Of a stretch of 32,000 nt of DNA, positions 26,324-32,000 are shown in pieces. Numbering within the stretch: position 1 is the stretch's first letter; each line of letters begins with the position of its first letter. The notes below the pieces were generated by a model that was given only the letters and a program-made list of their open reading frames with translations, was not told the origin of the DNA and searched no databases. The stretch spans positions 2,473,780 through 2,505,779 of the forward strand of contig NC_019954.2 of assembly GCF_000328765.2 (NCBI RefSeq). The letters run 5' to 3'. The stretch is from Tepidanaerobacter acetatoxydans Re1. GTDB taxonomy: Bacteria; Bacillota; Thermosediminibacteria; Thermosediminibacterales; Tepidanaerobacteraceae. Position numbers and translations under genes: made by a program.

Positions 26324-28235
26324 TTACCTTGTAGCAGTTACTGTCTTGGCACCTTTGTTAAGGTTTCCGTTCATATCTTCTATAACTCCGTCTGCTATCT
26401 CAACTGTTACTACATCGCTTATATTTGCTATTCCTGTAGTAAGAGTTAGCAATACTTTAGTATCTCCGACAGCTACAGAAGTCCCATCTTCTTTAGTAAC
26501 AGAAGTTACTGGATCCGGAACGCCGTTAACTTTTACTGTAAAGTTAGCAGGTACAGCTGAAGTAGCTTTTATTCCTTCGCTAAATGTCACCAATACCTTG
26601 TCAACATCTACTATTTTAGCTGAAAGCATTTGAGGTTTTACATTCTCAATAAAGTTTACAGAGAGTGTAACAGAATCCATAACGTTTCCGGCTTTGTCTG
26701 CTATGTTCTTAATCTCTAAGCTTCTTTCACCGTTAACGTCAATAGCTCCATCTCTTAGAGTTAACTTAACTTTTGTTTTGTCTCCATCAAATATCGCAGA
26801 CACAAATACCTTTTCGCCCTCTACAGTGTAGTTTGCGGTATTTAATGCTGTAGCATTTGTAACTTCCTCACTAAATAATACTATAAAAGTATCATTATCA
26901 CTATAAACAGCCGACATTACTGTTGGCTTAGTTGTATCGGCAATGTCGCCGATAGTAACGTTTATTGTAGTTAGTGCGTTAGTATTTCCTGCTGCATCTG
27001 CTACCAAATTTGCTGGTAGTGTAATGGTGTATTTGCCGTTTGGCATTACACTGTTACTGCCATCATAGTTTTCAGTATTAATCTTTACAGACTCATCATT
27101 TCCATCGCCGTCTTTATCATGACTAGTTACGGCTGCTGCTACAATTCCGCTAGTTAATGTCTTTTGAACTCCATCTACTACGTAGGTAACTGGTGTAAGC
27201 GCTGCTGCTGTTACAGTAACATCTTCGTCAAATTCTACAACTATATACCTTGTTCCGCTGATGGTTTCTACTGTTACAGCTTTTACCTTCGGCGCTTCGG
27301 TATCGGCTACGAAGTTAATTAAAGTGTTGTATGCCGACTCTGCTATAATGGCAGGATTACCGGATAGATCTTGGAATTCGGTTATATCAACTCTCTTTAA
27401 GCCTGATAATGAAGTAAAACCAGCGGTTGTTAAATCCACCGTAACTACAGTCTTATCATCGCTAACAGATGCATTTGTAGTAGTAACGGCTACCAGACTG
27501 CCGGTTGAGCCAATATCTAATTTAAATATTGTGCCTGTTGTTTTAATTGGCTCTGAAAAAGTCACTATTAATTTAGAATTATATACAGCTTTTACGGAAA
27601 CAACTTCCGGATTAACATTGTCGACAACCTGTTTTTTAAAGCTTACTGTTACAGGGTTTGGACTAATTAGATTGCTTGCAAAGTCCTTTGCTCCCACTAT
27701 GGTTAATTTGTATTCTTCACCAACTGTTAACCCTGTCATGTTTAGTGTAAATGACTTTTTATCTGCGGCTAAGGTAATAAGACCAGTAATAGAAACAGTT
27801 GCACCATTTTTATCCTTTAATGTTGAAATTCCTTCAAGTGCAGCTGCATTTGCTAAATTCATAGGTTCGGAAAACTCGAATTTTACAGTGTTATTGTCAG
27901 GATAAGTTGGTCCACTGATTGTAGGTCTTACAGTATCCTTAAGCGTCACAACAGCTGAATAAGCCTCTATTGGATTACCTTCTGTATCAGTTACTGCAAC
28001 CGGAACTAACACAGCGTATTGTCCATCAAAGTAATCTGTGCCGCTAGCAATTATAGTTAAAGTTTTGCCGTCCTCACTTAGCTTAGCTTCTGCTGAAGTT
28101 GAAGTAACAGCCGGAGCACTTCCGATATTTGTGAAAGTTATATTCTTTAACGTATCAGGTGTACCTGGAGTGATGACTGTGTCTTTTTTCACAGCTTTAC
28201 TAAACTTAATTTGAACCTCTTTAGCATTAATAGCA
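26324..28235 (-). pseudogene. Ig-like/SbsA-type (S-layer-like) domain protein lacking its N-terminus
   Basis: Tandem Ig-like units (AVYNSKLIVTFSEPIKTTG..., AVYSDNDTFIVLFSEEVTNATALN..., VDKVLVTFSEGIKATSAVPANF...). Frame extends upstream to CAINAKEVQIKFSKAVKKDTV with no signal peptide or RBS. Confidence 0.75.
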
Positions 28236-28240
28236 CAAAA

Positions 28241-28312
28241 TATACTGTTTTTATGTATAAGAAAAAAGCCCTAACCCCACTCATATCAAGGGTTTAGAGC
28301 CTCCTTACATGC
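28241..28312 (-). terminator. Stem-loop/T-run preceding the truncated Ig-like gene
   Basis: Minus strand ggctctaaacccttgatatgagtggggttagggcttttttctt; similar structure at 13590-13640. Confidence 0.65.
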
Positions 28313-28553
28313 CTAAATTAGTCTTCATTCATATAATGAGTAGCATTATCCATACTGATAGGTTTTATAAGCTTATAATTCATAAAGGTTTTGTAATAAA
28401 ATGATCTAATTATCCATTTCCGCGGCTATTTTTTCTATTTCTTTTTTAGGTAGCCCTGTAGCATCAACTATTTGCTCATGGGCAACCCTATAGTTATTAC
28501 CCTTTTAGCTACTTCCAATTTACCCTGCTTTGCTCCTAGTATTGCCGGCTATA

Positions 28554-29606
28554 CTAACCGAGATACTTTTTCACATCGTCTAGGCTCTCATAGTCGAAGA
28601 TGCCATCAATTATAACTTCTAGGGTAACTGCATCCAGCTTTAATATCTTGGATTTAAGTTCTTCTGGCAAAGGACCGAACTTTTTAGTTAGAAGCTTTAT
28701 TGCGGTAGTTATTCTTTCTTCTCTTTTTCCTTTTTCAAGCCCTTTTTCAAGCCCTTTTTCCATTCCTTTTTCAAGCCCTTTTTCCATTCCTTTTTCCAAT
28801 CCTTCTTTTAAGCCTTCTTCTCTAAGTTTTTCAGCAAGTGTCATCACAACTTCACTCCCTTCGGGATAAGTAGTTTCGATTTTCTTAACTATCTTGCTAA
28901 CATCCGAGCTTGTTAAGCTCTTGTCTACACTGAATATATAGCGCATAAGTGTTTCAAAGTATTCTGTTGCTGTTTGTTTATCTTCAAGTTCTTTTAGGTA
29001 TGCTATTGCTCTATCAATAGAATCCCATGCTCCTTTACTACTTTTAGTAAATATATCTCTTACTGTGGTAAAGAATATTTTAAGTTGTGCTTCCCCTTTT
29101 ATTTCTTCGTCTGTATACCTTGAAATATCATAAAGCAAGTATTCATAGTTTGGTATGTATGCTTTTACATCTTCAGGAAGCTTATCATATCCATTTATCA
29201 TCTCTTTAAGAGCGGTACTTGCTTTCCATCTTTCTGTCCCGTGGTATATTACAAGGGGTATAATTATTGGAAGCTTATTTAGCTGTTCCTTCCTAACCTT
29301 TGCCTCCCAGATTTCTATCATATACTTTAGAAGTTGAAAGGCTATATCCTTTGAGGGATAGCTTTTATGTTCAAAGAGAAAGTAGATATAACCTGGGGTA
29401 TTATTTATGTTTACCTTAAAGAGAAGATCTGAAAAGCTTTCTTCTAAGTCCTTGTTGATAAAGCTGTCCTTTTGAGGCTCAATAGTTTCAAGGTCTATAA
29501 TGTTTAATATGCTTTGAGGCAAGTAGTTGGTAAAAAAGTCCTCTGCTACTTCTACATTGCCGAATATTTCCTTAAAGAATTTATCGTGGGGATTTTGTAT
29601 TCCCAT
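28554..29606 (-). CDS. Rpn family recombination-promoting nuclease / putative transposase (PD-(D/E)XK)
   Basis: PHDKFFKEIFGNVEVAEDFFTNYLPQSI..DLETIEPQKDSFI..., YIYFLFEHKSYPSKDIAFQLLKYMIEIWE, PIIIPLVIYHGTERWK. Confidence 0.92.
   Translation of the reverse strand: MGIQNPHDKFFKEIFGNVEVAEDFFTNYLPQSILNIIDLETIEPQKDSFINKDLEESFSDLLFKVNINNTPGYIYFLFEHKSYPSKDIAFQLLKYMIEIWEAKVRKEQLNKLPIIIPLVIYHGTERWKASTALKEMINGYDKLPEDVKAYIPNYEYLLYDISRYTDEEIKGEAQLKIFFTTVRDIFTKSSKGAWDSIDRAIAYLKELEDKQTATEYFETLMRYIFSVDKSLTSSDVSKIVKKIETTYPEGSEVVMTLAEKLREEGLKEGLEKGMEKGLEKGMEKGLEKGLEKGKREERITTAIKLLTKKFGPLPEELKSKILKLDAVTLEVIIDGIFDYESLDDVKKYLG
28732..28815 (-). repeat. Short tandem repeats encoding (G-L/M-E-K)n in the Rpn-like gene
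   Basis: GLKEGLEKGMEKGLEKGMEKGLEKGLEKGK. Confidence 0.85.
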
Positions 29607-29682
29607 CTCATCACCTCTTTATTTTATTATACCTTATAATTTAAGAGTATAACAGTGGGTTTTACTTTTTGATACAATTTTA

Positions 29683-30426
29683 CTAATTTTTAAGTAAAGC
29701 ATCAACCTCCCTCTTATACCCATACTTTTTAAGGTATTCAATCAGTGCCCCTTCCATAACCTCTCTTTGAGTTATATTTTTCTCTTTGCTAAATTCTGCA
29801 GTAAGCTTTGCCACCATATCGCTCATGTAAATTGCTTTAGTCCTTACAAGCCCTGGCACTACATATCTTGGTATTGTTCCGTCTTCTTTAGTTCCAGATA
29901 AAAGTTGGTAAATATCATCCCTTTTTTCATAAAGGAATCTGATAAATGGGATGTATTCATCTATGTCATTTGGCAGGCTTTGGTTTTTTTCTGTTTCCTC
30001 TATTACCTCATCTGCTGTTTTTTCTTCTACCTTTCCTATAGTCTTTACATAGTTGCCTTTATAGGCATTCCACTCATAGCCTCTTTTTGCCATGTATTCT
30101 GCCATTTCCTTATGGTCTTTAAATCCCTCTTGCTTTGCAATCATCATCGGGTCTGCATTTGCCTTTTCAAAGGCGGTGATGATGCTTGCAACCTTTGTGG
30201 GTGCATAGCTTTTAGGGTCTTTTTTGAGTTTATCTGCTATGTTTTCCTTTGGCACATACTGCCCGCTTTCGCTGTCGTATTTAAAGTTCTTCCTTCTCAT
30301 GTACATGTCAAGGCTTCTATAGTTCTTATATCCCAGCTTTTGTGCAGCTTCATCCCTTGTCATAAACTTTAAGAGCTCTATTATTTTTCTTACCCTTGTA
30401 TCATAAATCGGTTTATTATCGCTCAT
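29683..30426 (-). CDS. Hypothetical protein with HTH-like N-terminus, cotranscribed-looking with recombinase
   Basis: RVRKIIELLKFMTRDEAAQKLGYKNYRSLDMYMRRKNFKYD...; 12 bp from the recombinase gene. Confidence 0.6.
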   Translation of the reverse strand: MSDNKPIYDTRVRKIIELLKFMTRDEAAQKLGYKNYRSLDMYMRRKNFKYDSESGQYVPKENIADKLKKDPKSYAPTKVASIITAFEKANADPMMIAKQEGFKDHKEMAEYMAKRGYEWNAYKGNYVKTIGKVEEKTADEVIEETEKNQSLPNDIDEYIPFIRFLYEKRDDIYQLLSGTKEDGTIPRYVVPGLVRTKAIYMSDMVAKLTAEFSKEKNITQREVMEGALIEYLKKYGYKREVDALLKN

Positions 30427-30437
30427 TCTTTTCCCTC

Positions 30438-31295
30438 CTATAAGAGATTTACGGTATCACTTAATTTATTCATGTCCTGGTGAAGGTATCTGGTTGTAAC
30501 TGCAAGGTTTGCATGACCTAATAGTTTTTGGATGCTCACAACTGATGCCCCTTTTTCTAAAAGGTTTGTTCCAAAGGAATGCCGCAAGATATGTGCTGAC
30601 ACATCCTTTTTAAGTCCTACCTCGTAGGCAGCTTCTTTAATGAGCCTGTTTACATATGAGCTTGAAACCTTTCCAGTGCTCTTTAGGGCAAAGAACCTAC
30701 TAGATTTTGCATCTCTTATATTTTCTATATAGTTTTTTAGGATATCATAGAGTTTGTCATTTATCGGGATGTCCCTTGCTTTTCCTCCTTTGCCTTTGGT
30801 GATGTGAATGACTTTTTCTTCTAAATTTACATCATCTAGTTTTAGATGTATTATCTCTGACATCCTCCCGCCAGTGTAAAACATGGTCTCGACTGCTGTC
30901 CTGATAACCGGTTGCTTGATGGCAACCGCCAATTTGTTAAATTCCTCCTCTGTTAAATAGCCTCTTTCTTTTTGCTTTACTTTTACTGGCTCGATAAGGC
31001 TTGCGATGTTTTTAGCTGTAATGTCCTTTTTTACGCAGTAGTTGTAAAAGCTTCTTAAGATGTAAACTGACCTGCTTCTACTGGCTGATGCTATGCCCCT
31101 TTTCTTTTGGTCTAAAAGATAATCTTCAATATCCTCCAGTGTGACATCTTCTATATACACTGGACAGTTATGCTTTACACTTAAAAAGCTGTCAAAGTAG
31201 ATAAGCTCTTTTTCATAGCCTGTGATGGTCTGCTCTGATCTGTCTATCAGCTTCATGTATTTTATAAACTCTTGTATCCCTTGACCTAATAGCAT
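30438..31295 (-). CDS. Tyrosine-type recombinase/integrase (XerC/XerD-like)
   Basis: ETMFYTGGRMSEIIHLKLDDV...VSAHILRHSFGTNLLEKGASVVSIQKLLGHANLAVTTRYLH. Confidence 0.93.
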   Translation of the reverse strand: MLLGQGIQEFIKYMKLIDRSEQTITGYEKELIYFDSFLSVKHNCPVYIEDVTLEDIEDYLLDQKKRGIASASRSRSVYILRSFYNYCVKKDITAKNIASLIEPVKVKQKERGYLTEEEFNKLAVAIKQPVIRTAVETMFYTGGRMSEIIHLKLDDVNLEEKVIHITKGKGGKARDIPINDKLYDILKNYIENIRDAKSSRFFALKSTGKVSSSYVNRLIKEAAYEVGLKKDVSAHILRHSFGTNLLEKGASVVSIQKLLGHANLAVTTRYLHQDMNKLSDTVNLL

Positions 31296-31434
31296 TTTAT
31301 CTCCTCCTTCTTTGGTACTAGCATGTTACCGTTACATTTCATTACTATCAAGTTAATTTTCACTTATAGTTAAGGCATAATTTATATTAGAAATTTAAGA
31401 GTTTTAGGGTTAAAAAAAAATAAGCCCTGAAGTT

Positions 31435-32000
31435 TCAAGGCTTATTAAATATCATGATAGTGGCATCAAAGCCCGCTTGCTTTAATTTCTGCACCTGCCT
31501 TTGTGCGTTTTCTCTTTCTTTAAAAGAGCCCGCCATTACTCTATATAGGGTTTGGCTATTTGCAGTATATTTTATTTCCAGCTGGGATAGGATTGCTCCC
31601 GCTATTGCTTTTATTATCTCGTCCCTTTTGCTGTCAAATAAACGGTTATCTTCTGTGTTATCTATAAATCCTATCTCAATGAGTACTGCAGGTGCCTTTG
31701 TTTCTCTTAGCACATAAAAATTTGCCTCTTTTACGCCTCGGTTAGTAAAACCGATACCCACCAGTGCTGACTGGATCTTTTCTGCTAGCGCTTTAGTCTT
31801 TGCTTTTGGTTTTAGATAGGTATAAGTCTCAACACCTTTTGCAGTTTCTGGCTTAAAAGCATTCCTGTGAAAGGATATGAAGTAATCATAGGCTTTTTTG
31901 TTTTCAAAGCTTGCCCTCTCTTTAAGGCTTACGGTTTTATCACTGGTTCTTGTTTCATCTACAATAACTCCATGCCTTCTTAGTTCTGCTGCAACTGCTT
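31435..32000 (-). CDS. N-acetylmuramoyl-L-alanine amidase with C-terminal SPOR-like domain (truncated by window edge)
   Basis: Reverse strand TRTSDKTVSLKERASFENKKAYDYFISFHRNAF...GVETYTY... GFTNRGVKEANFYVLRETKAPAVLIEIGFIDNTEDNRLF...LYRVMAGSFKERENAQRQVQKLKQAGFDATI. Confidence 0.93.
   Translation of the reverse strand, partial: AVAAELRRHGVIVDETRTSDKTVSLKERASFENKKAYDYFISFHRNAFKPETAKGVETYTYLKPKAKTKALAEKIQSALVGIGFTNRGVKEANFYVLRETKAPAVLIEIGFIDNTEDNRLFDSKRDEIIKAIAGAILSQLEIKYTANSQTLYRVMAGSFKERENAQRQVQKLKQAGFDATIMIFNKP

Noticed and set aside
26132-26633. Plus-strand ORFs 26132-26317 and 26208-26633
   Set aside because: They run through the dispersed repeat and antisense to the Ig-like gene.
27261-27905. 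214-aa plus-strand ORF opposite the Ig-like protein
   Set aside because: Ser/Thr/Val-rich shadow frame of a repetitive coding region.
28430-28553. Second Rpn-like C-terminal fragment
   Set aside because: Reverse strand reads YRVAHEQIVDATGLPKKEIEKIAAEMDN, suggestive of an Rpn-type tail, but stops and a frame change separate it and identity is too uncertain to call by eye.

Overview
AT-rich Firmicutes/Clostridia-like accessory region built from a decayed prophage (about 14.2-25.4 kb, minus strand), IS elements and many toxin-antitoxin (TA) modules or relics. Chromosomal-type genes at the left are a stalk-domain protein, a DUF3298-like protein, an APC permease, a MalY/PatB aminotransferase and two XRE regulators. 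They are followed by a methyl-accepting chemotaxis protein (MCP) split by an IS3-family element, a frameshifted blaR1 (M56)/blaI pair, and a copper-amine-oxidase-stalk protein. At the right are a DUF4258/YgiT-type pair, an Ig/S-layer-like gene fragment, an Rpn-family protein, a tyrosine recombinase and an N-acetylmuramoyl-L-alanine amidase. The most striking signal is at 23782-24005, just 3' of a solitary MazF/PemK-like gene. Four hairpins share an identical 7-nt loop (ACGAGUG on the minus strand) and a conserved 3' box ((AGU)AGUAU), but have different stems. The two C/A mismatches seen on the plus strand become G-U wobbles on the minus strand, which suggests a structured RNA array co-oriented with the toxin-like gene. 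Other main observations are: an IS1634-family element flanked by a perfect 78-bp direct repeat; an IS3 element whose 8-bp flanking repeats, if collapsed, restore the MCP reading frame; three copies (one intact, two decayed) of an AbrB-type/RelE-type TA pair; a dispersed GGTGCC-n-GGCACC hairpin repeat that keeps pairing by compensatory change and lies 4-5 nt from the stop codons of three genes; and a double BlaI-type operator. All family names come from reading motifs by eye; no database search was run.
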